From NCBI GenBank assembly GCA_964521285.1, contig CAZFQS010000014.1:8961-72960 (forward strand): 64,000 nt of DNA. The letters are read 5' to 3'. Origin of the DNA: an uncultured Bacteroidales bacterium (lineage in GTDB: Bacteria > Bacteroidota > Bacteroidia > Bacteroidales > UBA10428). A program made the position numbers and the translations under genes. Below, piece after piece: positions 1 through 10,241 of this stretch. The notes beneath the pieces were generated by a model that saw only the letters and a program-made list of their open reading frames with translations, had not been told where the DNA came from and did no database searches. Position 1 is the stretch's first letter, and each line of letters starts with the position of its first letter.

Positions 1-52
1 TTTAAACTATATTTACCTTTCTTTATTGTGAAATTTGGAACAAAAAAATATA

Positions 53-1057
53 ATGGAGAGTTTCCAGATAGCTACAGCCGACTGGTTAAAGGCTTTACAG
101 AAATTAAATGAATCTTTTATAGTATATGCACCTGTTAATAATGGTGATAGCATTGATTACGAGATAGTTGGTGATAATAATATCAATGATATAATATACA
201 ATACTCCCAAGCCTGTTACACCGCTTAAAACATTCTTCCTGCCTGTAAAGGAGAATGTGGTTATTAACAAAAAAATTCACAATAAAAATATAATCATGGG
301 GATTCCCTCATGTGATTTGGCCGGCGTGAGTTTGTTAGATGAAATATATCTTGATAAAGATTTTATAGATCCCTATTACAGGAATGTAAGAGAAAATTCA
401 ATTCTTATTGGAACAGATTGTTTTACTACACAGGAACATTGTCATTGTACTGCATATGGGATTAATCCTTATCCGGAAAAGAATAATGACCTGTCATTGA
501 TTTCTTTAAATGGTTCAATATTAATTTTTGTGAATACGGATAAAGGAATTGAAATTGCTGCCAGGATTAAGGAAGTAGCTACTGTACATGAAATTAGTAG
601 TGAGAATATAAAAGCAGTGCAAACAAAAAGAGAAGCTGTTAAAAAGGAATTAAAAAAGAGTTACAAAAATTTACCGGATTATAAGGAAACCGGAAAACTT
701 ATCATTAAATCAAAGGATGCAATTTGGGAGAAATATGCAAAGACATGTGTTTCTTGTGGTGCCTGTGCAACTATTTGTCCGACTTGTACTTGTTTCCTTT
801 TAATTGACAGGCCTGATTTTGAAAAAGTAAGACAACTGGATGCATGCCAGTATCCAGGGTTTGAAAGGATAGCAGCAGGGGAAGATCCTCTTGGGAGGAA
901 ATATGTGAGGTTCAGAAACAGATACTTATGTAAATATGTATGGAAACCTGAAAAGTTTGAATCAATAGCATGTACAGGTTGCGGCAGATGTATCGAATCA
1001 TGCATAGGCAGTATAAACAAAAACGAATTATTCACCGAATTAGTGAACAAAAAATAA
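53..1057 (+). CDS. Poly-Fe-S protein, AsrA / sulfhydrogenase beta (HydB)-like
   Basis: ORF track 35..1057 opens at TTG; first ATG is at 53. Cys clusters CVSCGACATICPTCTC, CTGCGRCIESC and HCHC. Lies 12 nt upstream of an AsrB-like partner. Confidence 0.75.
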   Translation: MESFQIATADWLKALQKLNESFIVYAPVNNGDSIDYEIVGDNNINDIIYNTPKPVTPLKTFFLPVKENVVINKKIHNKNIIMGIPSCDLAGVSLLDEIYLDKDFIDPYYRNVRENSILIGTDCFTTQEHCHCTAYGINPYPEKNNDLSLISLNGSILIFVNTDKGIEIAARIKEVATVHEISSENIKAVQTKREAVKKELKKSYKNLPDYKETGKLIIKSKDAIWEKYAKTCVSCGACATICPTCTCFLLIDRPDFEKVRQLDACQYPGFERIAAGEDPLGRKYVRFRNRYLCKYVWKPEKFESIACTGCGRCIESCIGSINKNELFTELVNKK

Positions 1058-1069
1058 AATATTACAGAA

Positions 1070-1894
1070 GTGTCAAATATCGGAAGCATATATAAACCTC
1101 TTAAAGCAAAAGTTGATAAGGTAATTACTGAATCGCCTACTATTAAGACACTTGTTCTTATCCCTGAGGCTGATTTTTCTTTTAAAACAGGTGAGTTCAT
1201 TCAACTTACACTTAATGGGTATGGTGAAGCTCCTTTTACACCTTCTTCATCACCACTTGAAAAAAGAAGGCTTGAAGTTACTATTATGAAAGCCGGCTAT
1301 GTTACAGAAAAGGTACATGCACTTAAAGCAGGAGAAGTAGTTGGAATAAGAGGCCCGTTTGGAAGAGGTTATCCTGTAGAGCAATTCTATGGTAAGGAAA
1401 TAGTAATTGTTAGCGGTGGATGTGGTTTTGCACCCATAAGATCATTACTCTATAACCTGATGGCAGAGAAGGAGAAATTTAAGAAAGTGACGGTTTGTTA
1501 CGGAGCAAAAACACCCGAAGAATGCATCTACAAACCCTTTGTTGATGAGTTGAGAAAAACAGAAAGATTTGAGGTATACAGAAGTGTGGATAATGCTGAT
1601 GACAAATGGGAGGAAAAGGAAGGTGTTGTCACCATATTACTTGATGATATAAAGGTAGATATAAAAAATTCAGTAGCGGTTGTTTGTGGTCCGCCGGTTA
1701 TGATGAAGTTTGGCACAATGAAATTACTGGAGATGGGATATCCTGGAAGTGATATTTATTTATCAATGGAAAAGAATATGTCATGTGGCCTTGGTAAATG
1801 CGGACACTGTATGATGGGGAAATATTTTGTATGTAAAGACGGACCTGTTTTTACCTATGAAGAAATTAAAAATGAACCGGATATTTGGTTATAA
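1070..1894 (+). CDS. FAD/NAD(P)-binding 2Fe-2S oxidoreductase, AsrB / HydG / PyrK-like
   Basis: GTG start. Motifs RGPFGRG and VIVSGGCGFAPIRS (nucleotide-binding fold); C-terminal CGLGKCGHC..C 2Fe-2S motif typical of the PyrK/AsrB/sulfhydrogenase gamma family. Confidence 0.8.
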   Translation: MSNIGSIYKPLKAKVDKVITESPTIKTLVLIPEADFSFKTGEFIQLTLNGYGEAPFTPSSSPLEKRRLEVTIMKAGYVTEKVHALKAGEVVGIRGPFGRGYPVEQFYGKEIVIVSGGCGFAPIRSLLYNLMAEKEKFKKVTVCYGAKTPEECIYKPFVDELRKTERFEVYRSVDNADDKWEEKEGVVTILLDDIKVDIKNSVAVVCGPPVMMKFGTMKLLEMGYPGSDIYLSMEKNMSCGLGKCGHCMMGKYFVCKDGPVFTYEEIKNEPDIWL

Positions 1895-1905
1895 TTAGCA
1901 AAAGT

Positions 1906-2376
1906 ATGAGCAAAAAGGTATTAATTGATCTTTATAAGTTGAGGAACCTGGATGAGTGTAAATCCGAGGCTATTTACAAAAGAGGTCCGGACGATAAATC
2001 ATTTAAGACAATAAGGGAACTTGCAACATTTCAGTTTACCTGTCGCAAATGTGATAATGCTCCATGTATAAATGCATGTCCGGCAGATGCACTTGAAAAA
2101 GATAAAGATGGGATCATTAACAGGGCAGTTAATCTTTGTATCAGATGTAAATCATGTATTACAATTTGTCCTTTCGGAACAATGATGGATGATTTATTTG
2201 AAGTTAAAACATCTGATTACAAGTACATGAACTTATCAGATGAGTCAGAACTGGAAAAATTTGCGTCAGCATACCCTGATGATATTGTAAGTATTGTTGA
2301 TATAGATGAGGATCCGAAACAAAACATTTATAAATTAAACGATAAAATATTAGTTAAAGAATATATTTGGGAATGA
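1906..2376 (+). CDS. 2x[4Fe-4S] ferredoxin-like electron-transfer protein (HycB/HydN-like)
   Basis: ORF track starts at TTG 1885 and overlaps the upstream stop; ATG at 1906 (MSKKV) is more likely. Motifs CRKCDNAPCINACP and CIRCKSCITICP. Confidence 0.7.
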   Translation: MSKKVLIDLYKLRNLDECKSEAIYKRGPDDKSFKTIRELATFQFTCRKCDNAPCINACPADALEKDKDGIINRAVNLCIRCKSCITICPFGTMMDDLFEVKTSDYKYMNLSDESELEKFASAYPDDIVSIVDIDEDPKQNIYKLNDKILVKEYIWE

Positions 2377-2399
2377 GTTAAATAATAGAAAATAGAAAT

Positions 2400-3332
2400 A
2401 TGCTAAGAGATTTATTCTACTACTTGATTTATCCGGGCTTTCTTTTTGTTGCTGTTGTAGGCGGATTATTGTCTTTTTTTGACAGAAAGATTACGGCATG
2501 GGTTCAATTCAGAAAAGGACCTCCCTTATTACAGCCATTTTATGATTTCTTCAAACTTCTTCTGGTTAAGGAGACTATAACTCCGGCTAAAGGATCAAAA
2601 ATGACTTTTTTACTGGCACCGGTATTTTCGCTTTTTGGAGCTACTGTATCAAGTGTACTGATATTTCTTCCTTTACTCGGAATTAAAACGGGATTTACCG
2701 GCGATGTCATAGTTATATTTTATTTGCTCACCATTCCTTCCTTATCCTATATTATAGGAGCACTGGCATCCGGAAATCCATTAGCATCAATAGGAGCCTC
2801 AAGAGAAATGAAATTGGTTATCAGCTATGAATTATCATTTTTACTCGTATTAATCGCTATAATAATTAAAAGCGATATGAGTATCAGCCTTTATGATATT
2901 ATTAATGCACAACAACCCGCTAATGCATTCATAGGAAGTGTTTCAGGTGTAATATTATTTATTGTGGTAATCTTTTGCCTGCAGGCTAAATTAGGTCTTG
3001 TACCTTTTGATATGGCTGAAGCAGAAACAGAGATAACACATGGTTCATTTATTGAATATTCTGGTTCTGCCTATGCCCTGATTAAACTGACTAAATACAT
3101 GATGTTATTTACTCTGCCTGCATTTGTTGTTGCACTTTTTATGAAAGGATTTAATTTTGAAGGAATAGGAATTTTATGGACGGTATTAAAAGTGTTGGCC
3201 ATAGTATTAATCTTAACACTGATAAGAAATACTAATCCCAGGGTTAGAATAAGTCAAGCCATGCGGTTCTTCTTTGTATGGATGAACCTGCTGGCTATTA
3301 TTGCTATTGTTTTGATATTTTTTGGATATTAA
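2400..3332 (+). CDS. Hydrogenase membrane anchor, NuoH / HycD / MbhM-like
   Basis: 310 aa polytopic membrane protein at the position and size of the NuoH family. Sits immediately upstream of NuoB/C/D-like hydrogenase core genes. Confidence 0.8.
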   Translation: MLRDLFYYLIYPGFLFVAVVGGLLSFFDRKITAWVQFRKGPPLLQPFYDFFKLLLVKETITPAKGSKMTFLLAPVFSLFGATVSSVLIFLPLLGIKTGFTGDVIVIFYLLTIPSLSYIIGALASGNPLASIGASREMKLVISYELSFLLVLIAIIIKSDMSISLYDIINAQQPANAFIGSVSGVILFIVVIFCLQAKLGLVPFDMAEAETEITHGSFIEYSGSAYALIKLTKYMMLFTLPAFVVALFMKGFNFEGIGILWTVLKVLAIVLILTLIRNTNPRVRISQAMRFFFVWMNLLAIIAIVLIFFGY

Positions 3333-3754
3333 AATTTGAGAAATTGGGCTTTAAAGAATTTTGTTTTAAGAAATCACTCTTTTTGTTTCACTTTGGTGGA
3401 GCATCCTGTAATAACTGTGATATAGAGATTCTCGATTGCCTCACACCAAGATATGATGTCGAAAGGTTTGGGATGCAACTCGTGGGAAGCATAAGACATG
3501 CAGATGTTTTGTTGGTTAACGGTTCTATCAATAAAAAGGATAAACCAAGACTCCTTGAAATTTACAGGCAGGCCCCCAAGCCAATTATAGTGATTGCAAT
3601 AGGAGCCTGCGGCTGTACAGGTGGTATATTTGCAGAAGGTAATACCTTTGCCGGTCCGGTTGACAAAATTATCCCGGTAGACGCTTATATACCCGGATGT
3701 CCGCCAAAACCAGAGGCTATACTAGCTGGTATTGTAAAGCTTCTTAATAAATAA
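3278..3754 (+). CDS. Group 4 [NiFe] hydrogenase small subunit, NuoB / MbhJ / HycG-like
   Basis: Motifs GGASCNNCDIE, GACGCTGG and PGCPP (proximal 4Fe-4S ligands). The ATG at 3278 overlaps the upstream gene by 55 nt, so the true start may be TTG at 3344. Confidence 0.85.
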   Translation: MDEPAGYYCYCFDIFWILKFEKLGFKEFCFKKSLFLFHFGGASCNNCDIEILDCLTPRYDVERFGMQLVGSIRHADVLLVNGSINKKDKPRLLEIYRQAPKPIIVIAIGACGCTGGIFAEGNTFAGPVDKIIPVDAYIPGCPPKPEAILAGIVKLLNK

Positions 3755-3770
3755 AATAAGAATTAAGCAG

Positions 3771-4199
3771 ATGGTATCAATAAAAGACATAGATAATATT
3801 AAGAATTATCTAAAGGGAGATATAATAGAAACAGAAATAAAAAGTGCAACACGTGCAACAGTCACTATTAAGAAAGACGCACTAATCAGGGCTGCCGATT
3901 ATTTGTTTAATAAACTTAAGTTAAGGTTTATTATTGCTTCTGCTTTGGATTCTAAAAAAGGATTTGAGATCTATTATCATTTTAGTAATGATTTTTCAGG
4001 ACTGGTAGCTAATTTGCATGTAATTCTCCCAAAAGAAAAACCGGAAGTAGAATCATTAACAGGATTGTTTGAAGCAGCAAACTGGATTGAGCGTGAAATG
4101 CATGAAATATTAGGCATAAATTTCTTAGGCCATCCTAACCTCGAGAAACTTATTTCTGAAGGAAACTGGGCTAAGGGAGTTTATCCATACAGGAATTAG
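3771..4199 (+). CDS. NuoC / MbhK-like hydrogenase subunit
   Basis: 142 aa. C-terminal ANWIEREMHEILGINFLGHP matches the NuoC/30 kDa subunit signature. Located between NuoB- and NuoD-like genes. Confidence 0.8.
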   Translation: MVSIKDIDNIKNYLKGDIIETEIKSATRATVTIKKDALIRAADYLFNKLKLRFIIASALDSKKGFEIYYHFSNDFSGLVANLHVILPKEKPEVESLTGLFEAANWIEREMHEILGINFLGHPNLEKLISEGNWAKGVYPYRN

Positions 4200-4241
4200 A
4201 AATTTCTAATAGTAGAAAGCTAATAGCTAAAAGCGAAAAAG

Positions 4242-5429
4242 ATGAGTAAAATAATACCAATAGGACCATATCATCCGCTGCAGGAAGAACCTGAACTTTT
4301 CAAATTATACTGTGATGGAGAGATTGTGAAAGATATTAAGTGGGAGACCGGTTATAATCATAGAGGCATAGAAAGACTGAGCGAATCAAAAACTTTTGAT
4401 CAGGCATTTTTCCTTGTTGAAAGAATTTGTGGTATATGTTCGACTTCACATCCCTTTGCATTTGCAAATTGTATGGATGAAATAGCAGGAGTGGAAATAC
4501 CTGACAGGGCAAAATATATACGCAGCATAATTGGAGAATTGGAAAGGATACATAGTCATTTATTATGGGTTGGTCTTGCCGGCCATTTTCTTGGTTATAA
4601 TACTGTATTTATGTGGGCATGGAAATACAGGGAACCTATTCTTGACCTGTTTGAGATCATTACTGGCAACAGGAATAGTTACGCTATGTTCAAGATTGGG
4701 GGCGTCAGAAGAGATATTGAAGAACATAAGATACCAGGAATACAGAAAGTACTGGATTCTTTCAAGAAAAAGAATGATCTGCTCACAGGGGCTGTAATGG
4801 ATGATCCTGTTATACATGCAAGAACAAAAGGAGTAGGTATATTAACAAAAGAAGATATTATTAATTACGCAGCGGTAGGTCCGACAGCCAGGGCTTCAGA
4901 TGTTGCTATAGATGTCAGGAAGGACGATCCATATGCTGCATATCCGTTAGTAAATTGGAAAGTTATTACCGCCAAAGGATGTGATGTTTTTGCAAAGGCT
5001 GAAGTGAGGCTTCTGGAAATGTATGAATCAATCTCAATAATTGAACAATGCCTTGACGGACTGAAAAAGACAAAAGAAGGAGATATTGAAGTAGAAGTTA
5101 GGGAGGTGCCTGCCGGATACGGTACAGGTCATGCTGAAGCTCCCCGCGGTGAAGTATTTCATTTTGTTGTAACAAATGGTTCAAATTACCCGGTAAGGCA
5201 TAAGGTAAGAGCTCCCAGCTATGTGAATATAGCAACCTTTAAAAAATCATGTGTCGGACAGACAATAACAGACGCTACAATTTCACTTGCAGCTGTTGAT
5301 CCCTGCTATTGTTGTACCGAAAGAATGGCTTATGCCTATGATTATAATACCAGAGACAAGATTCTTAATGGAGAAGATATATTAAAGCTATCTCACAAAA
5401 AAACTGAAGAAATAAGAAAAAAGTTGTAA
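4242..5429 (+). CDS. Group 4 membrane-bound [NiFe] hydrogenase large subunit (MbhL / EchE / NuoD-like)
   Basis: N-terminal RICGICSTSH (L1 CxxC) and C-terminal DPCYCCTER (L2 DPCxxCxxR). All four Ni-Fe cysteine ligands are present. Confidence 0.9.
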   Translation: MSKIIPIGPYHPLQEEPELFKLYCDGEIVKDIKWETGYNHRGIERLSESKTFDQAFFLVERICGICSTSHPFAFANCMDEIAGVEIPDRAKYIRSIIGELERIHSHLLWVGLAGHFLGYNTVFMWAWKYREPILDLFEIITGNRNSYAMFKIGGVRRDIEEHKIPGIQKVLDSFKKKNDLLTGAVMDDPVIHARTKGVGILTKEDIINYAAVGPTARASDVAIDVRKDDPYAAYPLVNWKVITAKGCDVFAKAEVRLLEMYESISIIEQCLDGLKKTKEGDIEVEVREVPAGYGTGHAEAPRGEVFHFVVTNGSNYPVRHKVRAPSYVNIATFKKSCVGQTITDATISLAAVDPCYCCTERMAYAYDYNTRDKILNGEDILKLSHKKTEEIRKKL

Positions 5430-5439
5430 TACCTGTAAA

Positions 5440-7332
5440 ATGAACGATATTTTATTAGATAATTCATATTTGACTGTTATAACAGCAATAATTGTTATAC
5501 CTATACTTGTAGGTGTAGTTTTATTTATCTTACCGGAGAAAATAAAAACTGTTAAAGGAATAATTTCACTAATTATTGCTGCACCGGTACTCTATTTTGC
5601 TTACGATATTTTTGCTCAGAAGAGTCTTGCAGGAAAAGCCAATCTTATGGATGCTATTACAATTAAAAGTCAGGTTATTAATACATGGCTTGAAGGGGTT
5701 GGTAAATATACGGCTGTTAACATTGACAGCCTGAGTAAATTAATCGCATTGTTAATTGGCTTTTTCGGATTTATTATTGTTATCTATTCACTTGTTTATA
5801 TAACCAAAGCAAAGGGTATACGTAATTACTATCCCTATGTACTTATAACTCTGGGTTCATCATTTGGCGCAGTTCTCGCAGATAATCTTATACTATTTGT
5901 TGTTTTCTGGGGTATTCTGGCTATTACATGCTATAAATTGATTAAGGGCTATGATGAGGAGAGCTCGGCCGCTGCCAAGAAAACATTAGTTATAATTGGT
6001 GCATCTGATGGTATAATGTTATTAGGAATAGGGATTATATGGAAGATTACAGGTTCTATCAATATGTCTGAATTAAGTATAAATACAACAGATGCAATCA
6101 GAAATATAGCATTTATTACTTTGCTTATTGGAAGTTTTACAAAAGCAGGAGCTATTCCTTTTCACACATGGATTCCTGACTATGTAAAAAAAGCACCTGC
6201 CTCATCTTCAGCTTACCTGCCGGCATCCCTGGACAAGCTTCTGGGAATTTATTTCCTGGCAAGAATCTGTAATGATGTTTTTATACTTAATCAATGGCTG
6301 AGACTGGTAATAATTATCATAGGTGTTTCAACAATAATCATTGCTGTAATGATGGCCTTGATACAACATAATTATAAAAAGCTGTTGGGTTATCATGCGG
6401 TATCACAGGTAGGTTATATGGTGACAGGTCTCGGACTGGGAACTCCTCTGGGGATTATCGGGGGATTATTTCATATGATGAACCATGCTTTATATAAGAG
6501 CGGACTGTTTCTGGTTGCAGGAAGTATTGAAAAGAGCACAGGAAAAGAAGACTTAGATGATATCAGTGGATTATCCCGGGCTATGCCTTTAACATTTATA
6601 ACCGGACTGGTTTTTGCATTGTCAATTTCAGGTATCCCTCCTCTGAACGGTTTTGCTTCCAAATGGACTATATACCAGGGAATAATTGATTTTGGAAAAA
6701 CACCGGGCGTAGCGAATCAACTGTGGATTATATGGCTGTCTCTGGCGGTTATAGGTTCTGCGCTGACATTGGCCAGTTTTATCAAATTTATATCAGGAGC
6801 CTTCCTGGGCCGAAGGAGGGAAGATTTAAAAGATGTTAAGGAAGTCAGTATAATTATGTGGTTTCCACAAGTTGTTCTTGCTTTAATTTGTATCGGTTTT
6901 GGTGTTTTCGCAACAAATTTTGTAATACCAAGGACTTTCATCCCCATTGCGGGCGATTTTCAGTATGTAGGAGCATGGAATTCCACAACAATTTCATTGC
7001 TCATATTGATTTCAATAATACTGGGTATTATTATTTATTTAGTAGGTAATGTTAAAAACTTCCGGGTAGATGACAGTTTTGTAGGAGGGGAAACATTTAG
7101 GGAACAGACAGGTTTTGCTTCAACGGAATTTTATAAGACTATTGCTAATTTTAAGTCGTTTTCATTTATATACAGAAAGGCAGAAGAAAAGTGGTTTGAC
7201 ATATACGATTTATCCAAAAATATAGTACTCTGGCTTAATAAGAAATTTAGTCTGGCACATAATGGAGTTTTATCAAACTATGCAATCTGGATCTTAGCCG
7301 GACTTATTATAATGTTAATATTTTTAATCTGA
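5440..7332 (+). CDS. Antiporter-like proton/sodium-conducting membrane subunit (NuoL / MrpA / MbhH-like)
   Basis: 630 aa with many TM helices. Conserved HTWIPD, GYHAVSQVGYM and HMMNHALYKSGLFL motifs of the NuoL/M/N-MrpA/D family. Confidence 0.85.
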   Translation: MNDILLDNSYLTVITAIIVIPILVGVVLFILPEKIKTVKGIISLIIAAPVLYFAYDIFAQKSLAGKANLMDAITIKSQVINTWLEGVGKYTAVNIDSLSKLIALLIGFFGFIIVIYSLVYITKAKGIRNYYPYVLITLGSSFGAVLADNLILFVVFWGILAITCYKLIKGYDEESSAAAKKTLVIIGASDGIMLLGIGIIWKITGSINMSELSINTTDAIRNIAFITLLIGSFTKAGAIPFHTWIPDYVKKAPASSSAYLPASLDKLLGIYFLARICNDVFILNQWLRLVIIIIGVSTIIIAVMMALIQHNYKKLLGYHAVSQVGYMVTGLGLGTPLGIIGGLFHMMNHALYKSGLFLVAGSIEKSTGKEDLDDISGLSRAMPLTFITGLVFALSISGIPPLNGFASKWTIYQGIIDFGKTPGVANQLWIIWLSLAVIGSALTLASFIKFISGAFLGRRREDLKDVKEVSIIMWFPQVVLALICIGFGVFATNFVIPRTFIPIAGDFQYVGAWNSTTISLLILISIILGIIIYLVGNVKNFRVDDSFVGGETFREQTGFASTEFYKTIANFKSFSFIYRKAEEKWFDIYDLSKNIVLWLNKKFSLAHNGVLSNYAIWILAGLIIMLIFLI

Positions 7333-7356
7333 TAAAGATTTGAAAATTATAAATAT

Positions 7357-7914
7357 ATGGAAATAGTACTCTCAATAGTAATTGTCTTTATGATATTGGG
7401 AGCAATTTATGCCCTCTATGCAAAGGATTTATTATCGGCACTTATCTCTTGCGGGATTGTTGGTTATGGGCTGGTTATCTGCTTCCTGCTTCTTCAGGCT
7501 CCTGATTTGGCTATAGTACAAATTGTTGTAGAAACAATTACATTAGTGATAATGGTTGCTGTTGTTTTGAACAGCACAAGAGAAGAACTTAAAGAAAAGG
7601 CAGTGGTAAACATAGACGGCGTATCTTATGTTCACCAGAGGTATATTGTTAATGTTATACTGGTAGTGGTTTTTGCATTGTTCCTGTTATATTTTTTCAA
7701 GGAATCCATTTTTACCCTGGATCATTTTGGCGAACATGTAACAAGGATGTCAACGGCATATATTGAAAAAGCAGCAGAGCAGACCGGCAGCGCAAATCTT
7801 GTAACCGGGATTCTGTTTGATTTCAGAGGATATGATACTTTGGGTGAGGCAACAATATTGTTTACAGCAGTCATTGGAATATTAACAATTTTAAGAGCAA
7901 AAGGTAAGAAATAA
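7357..7914 (+). CDS. MrpA C-terminal/MrpB-like subunit (MbhD/E-like, DUF4040 + MnhB N-part)
   Basis: 185 aa membrane protein. C-terminal [20 protein letters not shown] is the MnhB-type motif. Confidence 0.65.
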   Translation: MEIVLSIVIVFMILGAIYALYAKDLLSALISCGIVGYGLVICFLLLQAPDLAIVQIVVETITLVIMVAVVLNSTREELKEKAVVNIDGVSYVHQRYIVNVILVVVFALFLLYFFKESIFTLDHFGEHVTRMSTAYIEKAAEQTGSANLVTGILFDFRGYDTLGEATILFTAVIGILTILRAKGKK

Positions 7915-7929
7915 GAATAAATTATTATT

Positions 7930-8367
7930 ATGAATGGTATGACTCCAATAGTAAAAAAAGTAACACAACTTATTGTTGGGTTAATTTTCCTGTATGGAAT
8001 TTATATTATAACACACGGACATCTTACCCCTGGCGGAGGATTTGCCGGTGGAGCAGTTGTGGCAGGTTCATTTGTTTTACTGGTACTTGCCTATGGGAGT
8101 AATATCTTAAAATTAAAGAAACGGGAGGAGGGGTCATCAGTTGTTGAGAGTCTTGGAATACTGTTATTTACAGTACTGGCATTTGCTGCAATATTTATAG
8201 GGACAAAGGTCTTTTTCGCAAATTATCTGCCCAAAGGAGTAATAGGTGAATTAATAAGTGCGGGCGTAATTCCTTTATATAATATAGCTGTTGGAATTGA
8301 AGTTGCAGCAGCATTATTCACTATTTTTCTGGCATTAGTAATTTATAAAGAAGAGGTATTAAAATGA
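7930..8367 (+). CDS. MnhB/MrpB-like antiporter subunit (MbhF-like)
   Basis: GHLTPGGGFAGGAV motif typical of the MnhB domain; 145 aa membrane protein. Confidence 0.7.
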   Translation: MNGMTPIVKKVTQLIVGLIFLYGIYIITHGHLTPGGGFAGGAVVAGSFVLLVLAYGSNILKLKKREEGSSVVESLGILLFTVLAFAAIFIGTKVFFANYLPKGVIGELISAGVIPLYNIAVGIEVAAALFTIFLALVIYKEEVLK

Positions 8368-8702
8368 TTGTTTATTTGTTATGTTTTATATTATTCCTGG
8401 TTGGACTTTTTGGAGTATTAACTAAAAGGAATGTAATTAAAATTGTAATAGGCCTTTCAGTAATGGAATTTAGTTTGTTCCTGTTTTTTGCATTAATAGG
8501 ATATATCGATAAAGGAATTGCACCCATTATTGTTCAGAATATACCAAATGCAAAATTTGTTGATCCATTACCGCAGGCAATGGTGCTAACAGCTATTGTA
8601 ATCGGACTGGCTACAAATGCTATGCTGCTTGCCATTGCAATTAGATTATATAAGAAATATAACACTTTTGATATAAGAAAAATAAATAGTTTAAAAGGAT
8701 GA
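8364..8702 (+). CDS. MnhC/MrpC / NuoK-like antiporter subunit (MbhG-like)
   Basis: 112 aa protein with 3 TM helices. ATGA overlaps with both neighbours. Position within the Mrp gene order. Confidence 0.7.
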   Translation: MIVYLLCFILFLVGLFGVLTKRNVIKIVIGLSVMEFSLFLFFALIGYIDKGIAPIIVQNIPNAKFVDPLPQAMVLTAIVIGLATNAMLLAIAIRLYKKYNTFDIRKINSLKG

Positions 8703-10231
8703 TTATGGAGCAATTAATTCCATTATATGTAATACTGCCCCTTGGTGCTGCATTTCTTATTCCTGTAATAGGAAGATTTATTAAAGGCTTTCAAAAGACT
8801 ATTACCTCACTGGTTTTCCTTTTTCTTCTGGCTTTAAGCATAAAGTTCATATTAAATGGAATTAATGAGCCGTTAACATACAAAATCGGTGGATGGGAAC
8901 CAGTTGGCAATATACCTATAGCAATATATTTTGTGCTGGACGGACTCAGTATCTTTATGTTATGTATTGTAAACCTGATAGCATTCCTTTCGGGATTTTA
9001 CGCTATATCCTACATTAAGAAATATACGGCAGAAAATAACTTTTACGCTTTATTCTCTCTTATGGTGGCCGGCATGAATGGAGTAATACTTACAGGTGAT
9101 TTGTTTAATCTTTTTGTATTTTTAGAAATTGCAGTTATTGCTTCGTATGCACTGGTAGCCTTTGGTATTGAAAAAGAAGAACTGGAAGCATCATTCAAAT
9201 ACCAGGTTCTTGGTGGTATGGCTTCTTTATTAATACTCTTTAGTATAGGTCTTTTATATTGGAACACAAAAACATTAAATATTGCTGATATTGCCACATT
9301 GATAAAGGCAGGTACTTACAATAAAATTCTAATCTTTTCTCAGCTTGTATTAATTGCCGGTTTTGGACTGAAAGCAGCAATTATACCATTTCATGCATGG
9401 CTGCCTGATGCACATTCCTCAGCGCCTTCCCCCATATCATCCATGTTATCAGGAGTACTAATAAAGGCAATTGGAATTTATGCTATTATCAGATTATTCT
9501 TTAATATGTTTGCCATATCACATGAAATAGCATTAACCTTAACAACTTTAGGTGTTTTGTCAATGGTAATAGGATCATTATTAGCAATCGGACAATGGGA
9601 TATTAAACGCTTGCTGGCATACTCAAGTATCAGCCAGGTCGGATATATTATAATGGGAGTGGGAATCGGACTTCTTATTTTAACAACAAATGGAAATAAA
9701 GCCATAGCGGCATTATCAATTTTTGGAGGATTGTTTCACCTGGTCAACCATGCTGTATTTAAAGGATTACTGTTTTTAAGTGCAGGAGCTGTTGAACATC
9801 GAACAGGAATAAGGGATTTAAAAAAGCTGGGTGGCTTATCAAGTAAGATGCCAGTCACATCTTCTTCTTCATTAATAGCCTCCCTGGCAATTTCAGGTAT
9901 ACCACCCTTCAATGGATTTTTCAGTAAGCTGGTTATAATAATTGCTGCAATCCAGGCACAGTATTATTGGCTTGCAGCTATTGCTATTGTTATTAGTATT
10001 ATTACGTTGGCATATTTCTTAAAGCTTCAGAAATATGCTTTTTATGGTAAAGCAAATAATAAAATAAATAATTTAAAAGAGGTTCCTTTTACAATGTGCT
10101 TTTCAATGATTGTACTGGCTATATTGTGTATTGGCCTTAGTTTGCTGATAATACCGGGAATAAGGGAAGCAGTAATGGAACCTGCTGTAAATACTTTGAT
10201 TAATAAAGCTAATTATTTGTTAATATTATAA
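8699..10231 (+). CDS. MnhD/MrpD / NuoN-like antiporter subunit
   Basis: 510 aa. Motifs HAWLPDAHSSAPSPIS, SQVGYIIMG and HLVNHAVFKGLLFL of the proton-conducting transporter family. Confidence 0.85.
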   Translation: MIMEQLIPLYVILPLGAAFLIPVIGRFIKGFQKTITSLVFLFLLALSIKFILNGINEPLTYKIGGWEPVGNIPIAIYFVLDGLSIFMLCIVNLIAFLSGFYAISYIKKYTAENNFYALFSLMVAGMNGVILTGDLFNLFVFLEIAVIASYALVAFGIEKEELEASFKYQVLGGMASLLILFSIGLLYWNTKTLNIADIATLIKAGTYNKILIFSQLVLIAGFGLKAAIIPFHAWLPDAHSSAPSPISSMLSGVLIKAIGIYAIIRLFFNMFAISHEIALTLTTLGVLSMVIGSLLAIGQWDIKRLLAYSSISQVGYIIMGVGIGLLILTTNGNKAIAALSIFGGLFHLVNHAVFKGLLFLSAGAVEHRTGIRDLKKLGGLSSKMPVTSSSSLIASLAISGIPPFNGFFSKLVIIIAAIQAQYYWLAAIAIVISIITLAYFLKLQKYAFYGKANNKINNLKEVPFTMCFSMIVLAILCIGLSLLIIPGIREAVMEPAVNTLINKANYLLIL

Positions 10232-10241
10232 GAAATATAAT

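Noticed and set aside
679-1200. 173-aa minus-strand ORF overlapping the AsrA/AsrB-like genes
   Set aside because: It lies entirely antisense to two well-supported CDSs with clear cofactor motifs. Its Ser/Leu/Phe-rich low-complexity translation is typical of a shadow ORF in AT-rich DNA.
4531-4817. Alternative-frame ORFs (88 aa plus strand, 84 aa minus strand) inside the hydrogenase large subunit gene
   Set aside because: They are nested in a gene with intact L1/L2 motifs, and nothing suggests a frameshift or overlapping gene.
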